A stretch of DNA of 32,000 nucleotides from an uncultured archaeon (lineage in GTDB: Archaea; Asgardarchaeota; Lokiarchaeia; Sigyniarchaeales; Promethearchaeaceae): NCBI GenBank assembly GCA_964426185.1, contig CAYRPF010000014.1, positions 7,527-39,526 of the forward strand, read 5' to 3'. Position 1 is the first letter of the stretch, and the number at the start of each line of letters is the position of its first letter. This document shows positions 18,621-28,583 of the stretch, piece after piece. Below the pieces are notes generated by a model. That model saw only the letters and a program-made list of their open reading frames with translations, searched no databases and was not told where the DNA came from. A program made the translations under genes and the position numbers.

Positions 18621-19532
18621 ATGATTTTCGCACTACTCGACACACCCTTGAATTATGCTGGTTTCTCCTTAATTGTATGGACTGGACTTTTTCTTGGAAT
18701 TCTTCACTCTATTATCCCTTGTAACGATAAAGTGGTGTTTTGCTTTTATGCATTTGGAGTAGCGCGTGATTGGAAGCAAGCTTTTCGTATCATTAATTAT
18801 TACGGAGCGGGTTTGTTTCTGATGAATTTCATTATTGGTGGGGTTATTTCATATTTTGGGGCAATTTTTGGTTCTTTGGTAAATATTGAAAACTATCGGT
18901 TCCTTTGGAATGCAATTTCATCCAGTGTTCTGATTATAAGCGGAACTATTATGCTTATTCAATTAAGAAAGAAGACATACTGGCCACACAGCGATCAATT
19001 TCAAGAATTAACAGAAAGTTTGCCTACCCTGCGAACTCGAAAGCGGACTGCCTTTTTACTAGGGCTTTTGGCAGGTATTCCTCCTTGTATTTTTGAAACC
19101 GCAGTATACCTTCAAGCAATCTCCATTTCTGTAGGTTATGGTTGGGGAAATGGGACATGGTTGGTTTTCTTTTTTGGAATTGGAACTTGGTTGGGGTTAT
19201 ATCCTCTTGCTTTAGTGGGAACGGCAAGTGGAAGAATATCTAAAGCATTACAAGGATCAACTCTGCAAAAAATTCAATTAAAGTTAAAAAAAGCCAATAA
19301 AGGAGTTTCTTATGCTTTAAAGGATGAAGATGAAAAAACGTTAGATTTAGAATTGGGTGAATCTAAAGCTAAAGCTTTGAGTAAACTCTCTACTTCATCT
19401 AAAATTGAATATTTCAGTGCAGTAATCATGATCTTTTTCGGGCTCCTCTTTCTACTGCTTGCGATATTCAATGTGGAGATTATTCCCCCTGAAAATATAC
19501 CCACCAATGTTCCCTGGCCATTTCCAAATTAG
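18621..19532 (+). CDS. CcdA/DsbD_2 (UreH-like) family membrane protein
   Basis: About six TMs, two Pro-Cys motifs (GILHSIIPC, AGIPPC), and FFFGIGT. Confidence 0.7.
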   Translation: MIFALLDTPLNYAGFSLIVWTGLFLGILHSIIPCNDKVVFCFYAFGVARDWKQAFRIINYYGAGLFLMNFIIGGVISYFGAIFGSLVNIENYRFLWNAISSSVLIISGTIMLIQLRKKTYWPHSDQFQELTESLPTLRTRKRTAFLLGLLAGIPPCIFETAVYLQAISISVGYGWGNGTWLVFFFGIGTWLGLYPLALVGTASGRISKALQGSTLQKIQLKLKKANKGVSYALKDEDEKTLDLELGESKAKALSKLSTSSKIEYFSAVIMIFFGLLFLLLAIFNVEIIPPENIPTNVPWPFPN

Positions 19533-19610
19533 AAAAATAAGGGTAACGAATCTTTTTTAGTGATATTTGCTAATCAATTACTAGAATAATCAAAATTTTC
19601 AACGATCATT

Positions 19611-20336
19611 ATGGGCATAAGAGAAATAGAAGACCGAAACCGAATGCGGGAACTCATGCGCAAAAAAGCTGCAGAACTAAGAATGCAGCGCTTGGAATCA
19701 AAAACTGCAATAACTAAGATGACCAAAGAGAAGTTGGCGGAAATTGCCAAGAAACACGGGGTACTAATTGCTTTAGATCCAGATATGCAAGAAGCAGTGG
19801 AAGAAATTCGTAAGAAATTCAATATTCCTAAAGAACGAATTATAAAAGAGCAAATTAACGAAGAATCTGTCTTGATTCGGGGAAAGAGAATATCTCATGA
19901 TAAATTAGGGATGTTAGCCTATCAACGAGTAATGTTGGAAAAGCAAGAAACTGGCGGATTGCTCACTATCCCGGATGTTTTTGACCGTGTAAATACAGGT
20001 GTGCTACAAGGAAAAATTAACTTAGAAGATGTGGAAAAGGCGGTAAAACTTCTTAAGAGAAATAATGTTATCCCAGAACTTCGGCGGTTGGAAAACGGTG
20101 TGTTAATTGCTTCTTTCTTTCCTATTCAGTACACTCAAGATCAAGCTGCAATTCTAAATTTAGTGAAGAAAGATGGAGTTATTACCACTGGTGAAGTTTG
20201 TAAAGAGTTGAATTGGTCCATCGAACGTGCGGAACGAGCTCTTCAAAATTTAGTAGATACTCGTGTAGCAAGAATTGTAGAAACATTTCGCACTGGTAAG
20301 CGCTATTTCTTCCCCAGTTTAAAATTACAAAAATAA
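19611..20336 (+). CDS. vps22: ESCRT-II Vps22/Vps36-like (EAP30 domain) protein
   Basis: N-terminal basic helix and EKLAEIAKKH..I..DP. The C-terminal winged helix PIQYTQDQAAILNLVKKDGVITTGEVCKELNWSIERAERALQNL...RYFFPSL resembles remembered Vps22/SNF8. Adjacent to vps25 and vps4. Confidence 0.88.
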   Translation: MGIREIEDRNRMRELMRKKAAELRMQRLESKTAITKMTKEKLAEIAKKHGVLIALDPDMQEAVEEIRKKFNIPKERIIKEQINEESVLIRGKRISHDKLGMLAYQRVMLEKQETGGLLTIPDVFDRVNTGVLQGKINLEDVEKAVKLLKRNNVIPELRRLENGVLIASFFPIQYTQDQAAILNLVKKDGVITTGEVCKELNWSIERAERALQNLVDTRVARIVETFRTGKRYFFPSLKLQK

Positions 20337-20375
20337 CCTCAATATTGAAAATAAGAAAAGCTAAAATTTCTTAAA

Positions 20376-21293
20376 TTAAATTAACTTGAATTTGATACCA
20401 AATTGGTTATTTTCCAGTTCAATCATGGTGGCTTTGTTCATTTTTTCCAATTTTCGAAAGATAACTTTCAGATCTTCAACTGGTAGTAAAGCAAACTCTT
20501 GTTTGGATTTACGAATGTCTGGAATCATAATAACATCGAATATTGCATTATCATAGGCCCATTGCTCAACTACTGCTGTCCATTCTTCCAGCGATTTCCA
20601 ATAAATCCTTAATTGATCTTTTTTCTTTTTATTTCCTATCCATTTTGCCAAATCTTTTTCTACCAAAGCTTCACACAGTTCTAAAACAGACTTTTTACGG
20701 TTAATAAATTTGTTAAAAGGTTTTTCGGTTAAAAGGCGCTTAGGAAATATGATGTGAAGTGTTCCTACCCTGGCGTAATCTAAGAGAACTTGACTCCATT
20801 CTTCCCGCCATGATTCAAAATCTCGTTTGGCTTTTTTGGGATGGGGCATGGCATACATGAATTCATACTGTGTTTCTTCAATCCAATTATGTAATTCAAC
20901 CAATTTTTCATAATGTGTCTTTACTTGAACAGCTTTCTCCTTTGCCATTTCTTGCTTGATTGATTCTAATTCGGAGCGTATTGCTGCTTCATCATCTGAT
21001 TCTCTTAGAACAATTTCACCCTTGGTGGCTGATTTTATATGTGATGCCAGTTTTTCTTCTAAGTCTGCCAGCGGGATATCTTGATCAACTACTCTTGCCT
21101 CCTTTTTTTGTTCGATCTGGACTAATTCTGCTTCGAGTTCTTTTAATTTTTGGAGTTTTGCCTTTCGAACTTTATCTTTTTCTAATTCGGACAATGATGA
21201 TTCTGATATTTCCTTTTCTGAAACTAGCTGTGAATGTTCTTTTTCTTTGATTTGTTCCTTCTTTTTTCTAACTTGTTCTGCGATCGAACTCAC
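20376..21293 (-). CDS. vps25: ESCRT-II Vps25-like protein with N-terminal charged coiled-coil extension
   Basis: [17 protein letters not shown]...[18 protein letters not shown] and terminal GIKF are Vps25 winged-helix hallmarks. The GTG start overlaps the vps4 stop (GTGA). Confidence 0.87.
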   Translation of the reverse strand: MSSIAEQVRKKKEQIKEKEHSQLVSEKEISESSLSELEKDKVRKAKLQKLKELEAELVQIEQKKEARVVDQDIPLADLEEKLASHIKSATKGEIVLRESDDEAAIRSELESIKQEMAKEKAVQVKTHYEKLVELHNWIEETQYEFMYAMPHPKKAKRDFESWREEWSQVLLDYARVGTLHIIFPKRLLTEKPFNKFINRKKSVLELCEALVEKDLAKWIGNKKKKDQLRIYWKSLEEWTAVVEQWAYDNAIFDVIMIPDIRKSKQEFALLPVEDLKVIFRKLEKMNKATMIELENNQFGIKFKLI

Positions 21294-22570
21294 CCTCCAT
21301 ATTCATCGCGCCATTCTTCAAAACGACGAATTTCTTTTTCAGAAACAACTGGTTTGACGAATTTCATAACATTGAGAAAATCTTCCTGCCGAATGGGTCT
21401 GACGTTTAAAGTATCGTCTCCTTCCGTTAATCTTCCAGATACATCCAATTCACGCACCGGAAGCATAACTACTTCTCGGCATATTGTTGCGATATCTGAA
21501 CCGGAATATCCTTCACTAGCTTCGGCTAAGGTTCTAAAATCTACCGATTCATCTTTTTCAACACCTTTGGTGCAGAGTTCGAAGATTTTTTCTCTACCTT
21601 CGAGAGAGGGTAATCCCACGTAAATTTTCTTTTCAAATCGGCGAAGCACTGCGCTGTCGATTTGCCATGGAAGATTGGTGGCTGCCATTACCGTGACCAA
21701 TTTATCTCCATTGCTTTTAATTCCTTGCATTTCTTGTAGAAATTGCGTTTTTAATCGGCGTTCTCCACCGCCTTCATTTCCAGTTCCACGTTTTCCCGCG
21801 ATACTATCAATTTCATCCATGAAGATCAAGGAAGGAGCGTCTAAACGGGCAACTTTAAATAGGGTCTTAAGCAATTTTTCAGATTCCCCTAACCATTTAC
21901 TAACCAGACTGGCTGAATCTGCTGCAAAAAATTGTACTCCGCATTCATTTGCTGCTGCTTTTGCCAATAACGTCTTTCCACAACCAGGTGGTCCAAATAA
22001 TAGTATTCCCCTCCATGGTTTTCGCGCACCTTTAAATAATTCTGGATGAGCCATGGGTAAAACTACCGCTTCTCGAATTGCTTGCTTTGGAAGTTCCATT
22101 CCAGCAACATCATCCCATGTTTCTTTTGGACGTTCCGTAATAATTGTTCCTTCAATTGTTTTACGTAGTTCTTTTTCTTCGTCAGATATTTCTTCTTCTT
22201 CTTCATCTTCTTGATGCTCCGTTTTTGTTCTTCTTTTTGAACTTGGTCCTTTTGCACCAGATGGTACTTTAACCTTCTTTTCTTTCATGTTTGTGAGAAG
22301 TTCCGCTCGTTTAAAGTATTGCTTTGCTTTATCTATTGCAAGTGCTTTTAATTTGGAATTTTTACAAAATTTTGCAAAGTCATAAAGAGTCTCAGATGCA
22401 GATAGATATTTATCCGCTGCAGCATCATATTGCTTATTTTTATCCAATTCGATTGCTTCGTTTGCCATTTTGATTGCTGCATTAAATATGGTATTGTCGT
22501 TAGTCATAATTCTCACTTTTTTCGTTGTCGGAGCTGGCTGATCTAAAGAAGTATTTTCGTTCCTATACAT
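21290..22570 (-). CDS. vps4: Vps4 AAA+ ATPase (MIT + AAA)
   Basis: MIT domain ([20 protein letters not shown]...QYFKRAE), [12 protein letters not shown], pore loop [30 protein letters not shown]-terminal FEEWRDEYG. Alternative start ATG 22507. Confidence 0.95.
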   Translation of the reverse strand: MYRNENTSLDQPAPTTKKVRIMTNDNTIFNAAIKMANEAIELDKNKQYDAAADKYLSASETLYDFAKFCKNSKLKALAIDKAKQYFKRAELLTNMKEKKVKVPSGAKGPSSKRRTKTEHQEDEEEEEISDEEKELRKTIEGTIITERPKETWDDVAGMELPKQAIREAVVLPMAHPELFKGARKPWRGILLFGPPGCGKTLLAKAAANECGVQFFAADSASLVSKWLGESEKLLKTLFKVARLDAPSLIFMDEIDSIAGKRGTGNEGGGERRLKTQFLQEMQGIKSNGDKLVTVMAATNLPWQIDSAVLRRFEKKIYVGLPSLEGREKIFELCTKGVEKDESVDFRTLAEASEGYSGSDIATICREVVMLPVRELDVSGRLTEGDDTLNVRPIRQEDFLNVMKFVKPVVSEKEIRRFEEWRDEYGG

Positions 22571-22674
22571 ATAGTAATTTGATTGGCTTAAAAATTATTT
22601 TTACCACCAATTGCTATCAGCTGTATAAGAAATAATTTATCGTAACTTAAAAGGAAAGAAAAAATTTTTTCGCT

Positions 22675-23481
22675 TTATGGTTTTAAATTCGATTCAATTT
22701 CATGAATAATAGCAGGCCACATCAATAACCATAGACAAATTGCCAACAAGTAATTCCATTCTAATATAGCAGACACATCTTTTTGAAAGATCAATTTATT
22801 AATTAGAAAAGATCCTAAACACAACGCTCCCGAAACGCGGAAATATAATTTAAATAGGCGCACCAGATTAAATGTCTTAATTTTTAAAGAGAATTTATAC
22901 CGAATCTGTGAGTTTACTCCGATTATGATTTCAAAACTGAGATTTGCAGCACGATAATATCCCAAAAATGCAATTAACGCCATAATATAGTGGATTGTGC
23001 CCAAATCTAAAGGAAAAATACCAACAGTACTGAATCCGATTGCAGCAAAAATACCAATCCGTTTAAATTGCCTGGCTTTAACTGAATTGAACTTTTGGAA
23101 TTTGGCGGCTAAATATAGCAGATAAGGAATGTGTGCCAGCCCGTTGATTATTACACCAATACGCCAGAATATGCTGCCTAATGGGTTTAATTGGGGACTT
23201 CCTTGATCGCTAATTGTATTCGAAAGAAAAGAAAATGGTACTGGATATAAAATTTGAGCCACGATGGAGACAACAACCAAAGCACTAAAGACCAGCCATA
23301 TATATGTCTGTACTCGGAAAAAATTAGTGCGTGGCAGTAAATCAAATTTATGTTCAACTTTTTTGAGTAACTTTATGGGAAATGGCAACGGATTTAATTG
23401 ACTCGTCTGACTTTCTGAATTATTTTTCAAAGACTTTTGTCTTAACATTTTTTTATCTCTTAGAATATGTAGATCTAACAA
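22675..23481 (-). CDS. DUF998 / Frag1-DRAM-Sfk1-like membrane protein
   Basis: YP..FSF..NTISDQG..NP, VGIFPLD...IH...A..AF, EW near the last TM, with 5-6 TMs. Start uncertain. Confidence 0.72.
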   Translation of the reverse strand: MLDLHILRDKKMLRQKSLKNNSESQTSQLNPLPFPIKLLKKVEHKFDLLPRTNFFRVQTYIWLVFSALVVVSIVAQILYPVPFSFLSNTISDQGSPQLNPLGSIFWRIGVIINGLAHIPYLLYLAAKFQKFNSVKARQFKRIGIFAAIGFSTVGIFPLDLGTIHYIMALIAFLGYYRAANLSFEIIIGVNSQIRYKFSLKIKTFNLVRLFKLYFRVSGALCLGSFLINKLIFQKDVSAILEWNYLLAICLWLLMWPAIIHEIESNLKP

Positions 23482-23558
23482 TCTTGTTATATCTACATAA
23501 TATAAGCTTACCTATTTAAGTTTATTTATTAGAAAGTGTCAGATTGTGTTAGAATGCA

Positions 23559-23980
23559 TTAAGTGTTGGAAAGCGAAATTTTCGAAGTGATGACTTCTAA
23601 CTGATCTTCTGGAACTTGTTCGAGCAATTTTAAAAACACTGGCCAATCATCCGGATAAAAATCTGTGAGCATTATTCTGATGAAGCCCCAACGTATTAAT
23701 GTGAAAATTTGAGAGTTGGGGACACTTAACCATGAATTATGCAGTGCTGCGCCTCCCATTTCTAAAAAACATTTGATATCATCTAGATTCATTTCTTTTA
23801 TAGATTCCCATCCCCAGCTAAAGAACCGTTAGGAGAGATCCGGTGAAATTAATAGTTTTGCATGATTTGTGGAAGCTGAAACTTTTCCAGATGACTACTT
23901 GATCTCGCCAATATGTATTTTAAGATCGATTTTTTTTTTGGTTATATATCTTGATCTTATTCATATTTTCAAGTATTTTT
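23559..23980 (-). pseudogene. Probable degraded gene; 23559-23792 is the surviving 3' ORF
   Basis: The frame upstream of ATG 23792 reads ...IDLKIHIGEIK*SSGKVSASTNHAKLLISPDLS*RFFSWGWESIKE-M, with two in-frame stops and a possible shift at the T10 run near 23930-23939. Confidence 0.35.
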
Positions 23981-24143
23981 GTTTTTCTTTTTATTGAAAA
24001 AATTACGACGGTTTATGTCGTTTTTTATCCTCCGGGGGATGTTTAGAAAAACTTCTTTCATCGATATATTCCACGAACTTCTCTCGGCTGGAAAATTGCA
24101 AGAAAGGGTTAACCAGGTTTTGCTCTTCTGATTTATAGTCTAG

Positions 24144-24569
24144 TTACAATCTATCCCATGCTCGATGAACTGCTTTTCCCGTCATCTCTATTACCGGTTT
24201 CATTGCATCTGCTGGAACTAAACCGATTACTGATGCAATTTTCATAATTGAGATATGAGAAACAAACACTTCACCTTTGTTTTCATGCACAGTAAAGCTG
24301 CAAGGAAACAGCATACCCACATTTTTTGAGACATCCAAGGCTGCTTTAGCAAATTTTGCTCCACAAGCCAGAATTGTGGTGTATTTTGGATATTCTACAT
24401 TTAGTTTTTTGCGAAAAATTTCATTTATTGCTTTTACGAGCATTACAGAAAATCCTTCTTCGGCTACGATTTTTGTGACTCGCGCTACGGCTTCATCAAA
24501 TTCCATATTTAATTTTTTACGTAAAAATTCAACCATTGTACTCATTCTTTTATCCCAATTGAACTTCAA
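24144..24569 (-). CDS. DUF302 domain protein
   Basis: FDEAVARV...EEGFSV...YTTILACGAKFA..AL...GMLFPCSFTVHE..GEVFVS. Start is probably an internal Met (MSTM/MVEF). Confidence 0.85.
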   Translation of the reverse strand: MKFNWDKRMSTMVEFLRKKLNMEFDEAVARVTKIVAEEGFSVMLVKAINEIFRKKLNVEYPKYTTILACGAKFAKAALDVSKNVGMLFPCSFTVHENKGEVFVSHISIMKIASVIGLVPADAMKPVIEMTGKAVHRAWDRL

Positions 24570-24706
24570 AAAGCTTTAGATTTAGAGATATAATTATTTT
24601 AACTGATTACTTTTTCATTTATAGTTCATTTTTTCTTTGCTAATGATGGATTCTCCTTATTAAATGAATTATCAAATTTATTATGTGAAAAGTTCCTATC
24701 ATATTT

Positions 24707-25084
24707 ATGGTCAAAGAAATTACCGAAGATGAGCTCGACGAGTACATCAAAACAAAAAAAATCGTGATTGCCGATTTTTCTGCTGTTTGGTGTGGTCCAT
24801 GTAAGACATTGGGCAAGATCCTTGAAGAAAAAGTTGTACCTAAATTGGAAAACAGAGATGATATCGCGCTAGTTAAAATTGATATCGACAAGAATCGTGG
24901 CATTGCTGAAGGATTGCAAATTATGTCAGTTCCAACAATGATGTTTTTCTATAAAGGGCAGCGTATTGTGTTCCAAGGCGAAAATGGGCAGAATGAAGAT
25001 CGAATAGTTGGATTTTCTCCGAATATTGATCAAGTTATTTTTTCTCTGATAGAGCAGTTAGAAAAAACTCCAGAAGAAGACTAA
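24707..25084 (+). CDS. trxA: Thioredoxin
   Basis: ADFSAVWCGPCK active site, KIDIDKN, IMSVPT cis-Pro loop. Confidence 0.93.
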   Translation: MVKEITEDELDEYIKTKKIVIADFSAVWCGPCKTLGKILEEKVVPKLENRDDIALVKIDIDKNRGIAEGLQIMSVPTMMFFYKGQRIVFQGENGQNEDRIVGFSPNIDQVIFSLIEQLEKTPEED

Positions 25085-25255
25085 AGCTCAGTTCGGTTAA
25101 AATTATCACCAGAAATGGCTGATCTTCAAAATTTTTTCATTTAACATTTTTTTGCTGTCCTATTTTAAATTTTGAATATATTTATCACCCATTTAGTATT
25201 GGAAAAGAAATTGAAAGCATTTAAATTTCCAGGTGCTTTTCTTTTCCCGATTCTC

Positions 25256-25807
25256 ATGTTATGGACTACTAGAAATTATGTTCATGTTGATCGTGTGGCT
25301 TGTCCATGGTTGATTCGTCGATTTGTAGATCCCGAAGCCCAGTTTGTTTTTCTTCCTCGGGATGAAATTATGGAATTTGTGGAGAAAACTGGTGCGATTC
25401 CATTTGATACTGCAGGGACTGGGGTTGAATTAGATCATTTTGAAGAGAATGGTGTAAAATATTGTACTTTTGATGCAATTGCTAAAAAATATGATTTAAC
25501 CAAAGATAAAGCCTTAATTGAAGTTCAAAAAATAGTTCGGGCTGCTGACACCTCAGGTGGGTTAGAAAGAGAGCCGATGGCCTGGTTGTTGGAAGTAGTA
25601 GCGAGTGGAATGCCCCTATTATGTAATTCCGATCATGAAGCTTTAGAAAAAGAATTTCCTGTATATGACGCATTATATGCGTTCTTTCAGCGAAAAATTG
25701 TGTTGGAACAACATAAAGACCAAATTTCTGAATTAAAATCTCGCGGTGAAAGGCGTGAGTTCATCAAAAAAGCGTTAAATTCTTTACCGACACAGAAAAA
25801 AGTATAA
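25256..25807 (+). CDS. Chromate-resistance ChrB-domain (ChrB_C) protein
   Basis: WTTR...HVDRVACPWLIRRFVDPEAQFVF, GAIPFD, CTFD, IVRAAD, YDALY. Start set at ATG 25256. Confidence 0.88.
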   Translation: MLWTTRNYVHVDRVACPWLIRRFVDPEAQFVFLPRDEIMEFVEKTGAIPFDTAGTGVELDHFEENGVKYCTFDAIAKKYDLTKDKALIEVQKIVRAADTSGGLEREPMAWLLEVVASGMPLLCNSDHEALEKEFPVYDALYAFFQRKIVLEQHKDQISELKSRGERREFIKKALNSLPTQKKV

Positions 25808-25827
25808 TTTTTTTTTAGAAAATTTTT

Positions 25828-26802
25828 TTAAGGCTTTTTTTTGCTATTTCTTCTTTTTTTAGGGGGCAACGGTTTCCTAAATATTAGGAAATAATGATGA
25901 TGCACATTTGATATGTAAGTATTAGGATAACCCCAGATTCCTAGTTTTTTATCACGTTGACACCATAAAAATTCTTGACACAACTGCCAGCCAAATTTAC
26001 GCATTTCTAAAGCAAATTCCCAAGCAATTGGATAAAAATTCTGTTTAGTTTTCAATTGATTTTGCATAACAACCGCAATATAGGCACCTGGACGCATAAC
26101 TGTAAAAACTTGGGCGTAAATATTCAACAATTCTTGCAGAAATTCATTATATTCTTCGATATTTCCCATATCCTTTTCATCTTCAGAAAAAATGATATCT
26201 AATCCTTCTGCTATACGATCTTTATGAGTGCTGTTTGATCCTCCTCGAGAATGGCGTAGCATGTCCCAATAAGGTGGCGAAGAAATGCAAAAATCAATGG
26301 ATGGAAGAGAATATTGATAAATATAACGAGCATCTCCTTGTATTACATACTGCTTAGTTCGCTGCACTGCAATTTTGGCCCATTTTTCCGTTAGTTCTAT
26401 TCCAATTCCATTCCTTCGAGTTTGATCACAAGCAACCAAGGTTGAGCCTGTTCCTACAAATGGGTCAAGCACCCACATTCCTTCTTTTGTGAAAAATTTA
26501 ATAAATTTAGCAATTAAATCTTCGGGGAATTTGGCCGGATGTAGATGTTCCATCAATTTTTTGTTTCTTGCAGGTGGATGATGCTCAAACCATGAGCGGG
26601 TGAATTTTATCCATTCTGTCCCAGTTAAATCGTTTAGAGTATTGCGCGGAGTATATTTTCCACGACCTTCGATTTCTATTGGTTCAGAAGGTTCTGATAA
26701 CTTGGGGAATATGGGAGGAAACAGATTAGTTTTAGAATCTTGAGAATTTGATGAATTGGTGGTGGATTTTAAATCGACAATGTCTTGGGCTTTTACCAGC
26801 AT
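25828..26802 (-). CDS. DNA methyltransferase, N6_N4_Mtase family (likely N4-cytosine; motif I before motif IV)
   Basis: HPAKFP, VLDPFVGTGST, GIGIEL, GDAR, SSPPYW. Confidence 0.88.
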   Translation of the reverse strand: MLVKAQDIVDLKSTTNSSNSQDSKTNLFPPIFPKLSEPSEPIEIEGRGKYTPRNTLNDLTGTEWIKFTRSWFEHHPPARNKKLMEHLHPAKFPEDLIAKFIKFFTKEGMWVLDPFVGTGSTLVACDQTRRNGIGIELTEKWAKIAVQRTKQYVIQGDARYIYQYSLPSIDFCISSPPYWDMLRHSRGGSNSTHKDRIAEGLDIIFSEDEKDMGNIEEYNEFLQELLNIYAQVFTVMRPGAYIAVVMQNQLKTKQNFYPIAWEFALEMRKFGWQLCQEFLWCQRDKKLGIWGYPNTYISNVHHHYFLIFRKPLPPKKRRNSKKKP

Positions 26803-26859
26803 CTTACATGAATTTATGATGGAAATCTTTTATTTATAGCGTTTTTTATCACCACTTGC

Positions 26860-28089
26860 ATGGAAAAAAACAGTGATCATTACTTCGATATTTGTATTGT
26901 GGGGGGGGGAATTGCCGGAAATTATTTGGCTCATTTACTTACTCAGATATCTTCTGATAAGGCTTCACGAAAGAATTACAAATTAAAAATATGTGTAATT
27001 GAAGAACATAAGGAAATTGGGCTTCCTTTTCAATGTGCTGGGATAGTATCACAAAAAATCTTAAAATTAACTAAAATACCTCCACATTTAATTCTGAATA
27101 GAGTGAAAGAAGCCCATCTATTTGCGCCTAACGGAGAGAAAATTCAGGTTATTGCACAAGAACAGCCTGTTATATTAGATCGGATTGCTTTTGACAAGTT
27201 TTTTGCCCAACGCGCTCAAAACAAAGGTGTTTTATATTATTTATCCGAAAAGTTCTTAAAATTCAAGCGATTGGATTCAGAATGGGTAGAAGTAACCACA
27301 AATAAACACGTATTTCATTGCCACATTTTGGTTGGAGCGGATGGGCCGGTTTCTGCAGTGGGGAGGCAGTTAAATCGGAAAAATACACTGGTTCCTGCAG
27401 CCCAAGTTCGGGCTAGAATTCAATGGCCGAATTATGTAACTTCGATGTATTTTGATCAACAATGGCGGGAGTTATTTGGATATGTGGTTCCGGAGGGTGC
27501 TAATGGAATTTGCAGAATAGGTTTAGCATGTTTACGTCATACTCCTAAGAAATTAGAAATATTCTGCAACAAAATCGGAGTGAAACCTCATGAATTATTA
27601 GATCGACAAGGTGGGATTCTTCCTATCAATTTACCCACACGCTTTGTATGGAACAATGTTGTATTGATCGGTGATGCTGCCGGATTTGTTAAAGCCACTA
27701 CTGGGGGTGGAATCATTATGATTCTTAGTGCTGCCCGTATTTTAGCCCCAATTCTCTTAATTGCTTTAAATAAAGGCGATTATTCATACCATTTTTTGAG
27801 ATGGAAATATCAAATACCTGTAAAACTGTCAATAGGAATAGAACTTAAGATTCACTATTTGATTCGCTTATTTCTGTTGAATTTACGCACCGAAGATTAC
27901 CGTCAACTCTTTCATTTTTACTATCTTCCCAAAATTCGTAGTATGGTATATCGAGACGCCGATATGGATTTCCCTGCGAAAGTTATTTTGAAGATAGTAT
28001 TAACCTCCGAATTTTGGATTTGGTGTGTTCCCATCGTTTTACGTAAATGGAGATTACTCCCATATATTATCAGGGCACTTTTTACTTAA
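26860..28089 (+). CDS. Geranylgeranyl reductase family FAD oxidoreductase
   Basis: DICIVGGGIAG, IEEHKEIGLPFQCAG, LDRIAFD, VGADG, LIGDAAGFVKATTGGGI. Confidence 0.88.
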   Translation: MEKNSDHYFDICIVGGGIAGNYLAHLLTQISSDKASRKNYKLKICVIEEHKEIGLPFQCAGIVSQKILKLTKIPPHLILNRVKEAHLFAPNGEKIQVIAQEQPVILDRIAFDKFFAQRAQNKGVLYYLSEKFLKFKRLDSEWVEVTTNKHVFHCHILVGADGPVSAVGRQLNRKNTLVPAAQVRARIQWPNYVTSMYFDQQWRELFGYVVPEGANGICRIGLACLRHTPKKLEIFCNKIGVKPHELLDRQGGILPINLPTRFVWNNVVLIGDAAGFVKATTGGGIIMILSAARILAPILLIALNKGDYSYHFLRWKYQIPVKLSIGIELKIHYLIRLFLLNLRTEDYRQLFHFYYLPKIRSMVYRDADMDFPAKVILKIVLTSEFWIWCVPIVLRKWRLLPYIIRALFT

Positions 28090-28160
28090 CATATCCAATA
28101 ATGATAGCCCCCCATTTTTTTATATATTAATACTTCTACAATTAAGATAAGTGCGAAATT

Positions 28161-28583
28161 ATGTCCTTTTATGACGATTATCCATCTGATTCTTCTAAAC
28201 TGAAAATCTCTTTATCTTTAAGCTGTGGAGTTATATTAGAATCAACTTATATATTATTACGATATTTAATTCAACCTGAAGGAATTTCCACTATATTTTA
28301 TTCTTTAATTTTTTTAACTGCAAACGTTTCTCTGATTTTCGGAATTTACTTTTGGAGTTTGAACGTTTCTAAAAGTTGCATGTTTCTCTCTGGTTCTTTG
28401 GCACTTTTGTTCGGTTTCATCTGTTTTCTTGTATTTATTTTAGAAAAAATTGAAATTTTTATGGATCTTGGAATAACTATGGTTTTAATCGGAATATTCC
28501 TTCTTTTCTTTTGGATGTTAGTAATTTTACACAAAAAATCAGAAAAAACCGATAATTTTTCTTCAAAGTTTATATGTGTTTGA
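28161..28583 (+). CDS. Hypothetical 4-TM membrane protein
   Basis: Four hydrophobic segments. 14-nt convergent overlap with the next gene. Confidence 0.6.
   Translation: MSFYDDYPSDSSKLKISLSLSCGVILESTYILLRYLIQPEGISTIFYSLIFLTANVSLIFGIYFWSLNVSKSCMFLSGSLALLFGFICFLVFILEKIEIFMDLGITMVLIGIFLLFFWMLVILHKKSEKTDNFSSKFICV

Noticed and set aside
20960-22257. Short ORFs overlapping vps25/vps4 (20960, 21234, 21675, 22063)
   Set aside because: Antisense or alternate-frame shadows of well-supported genes.
21290-22570. Katanin, spastin, Cdc48 or crenarchaeal CdvC assignment
   Set aside because: A single AAA domain with MIT, the SKWLGESEK loop and ESCRT-II neighbours favour Vps4.
25172-25255. N-terminal extension of the ChrB-domain ORF
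   Set aside because: TTG start in AT-rich intergenic-like sequence. Family similarity begins at ATG 25256.
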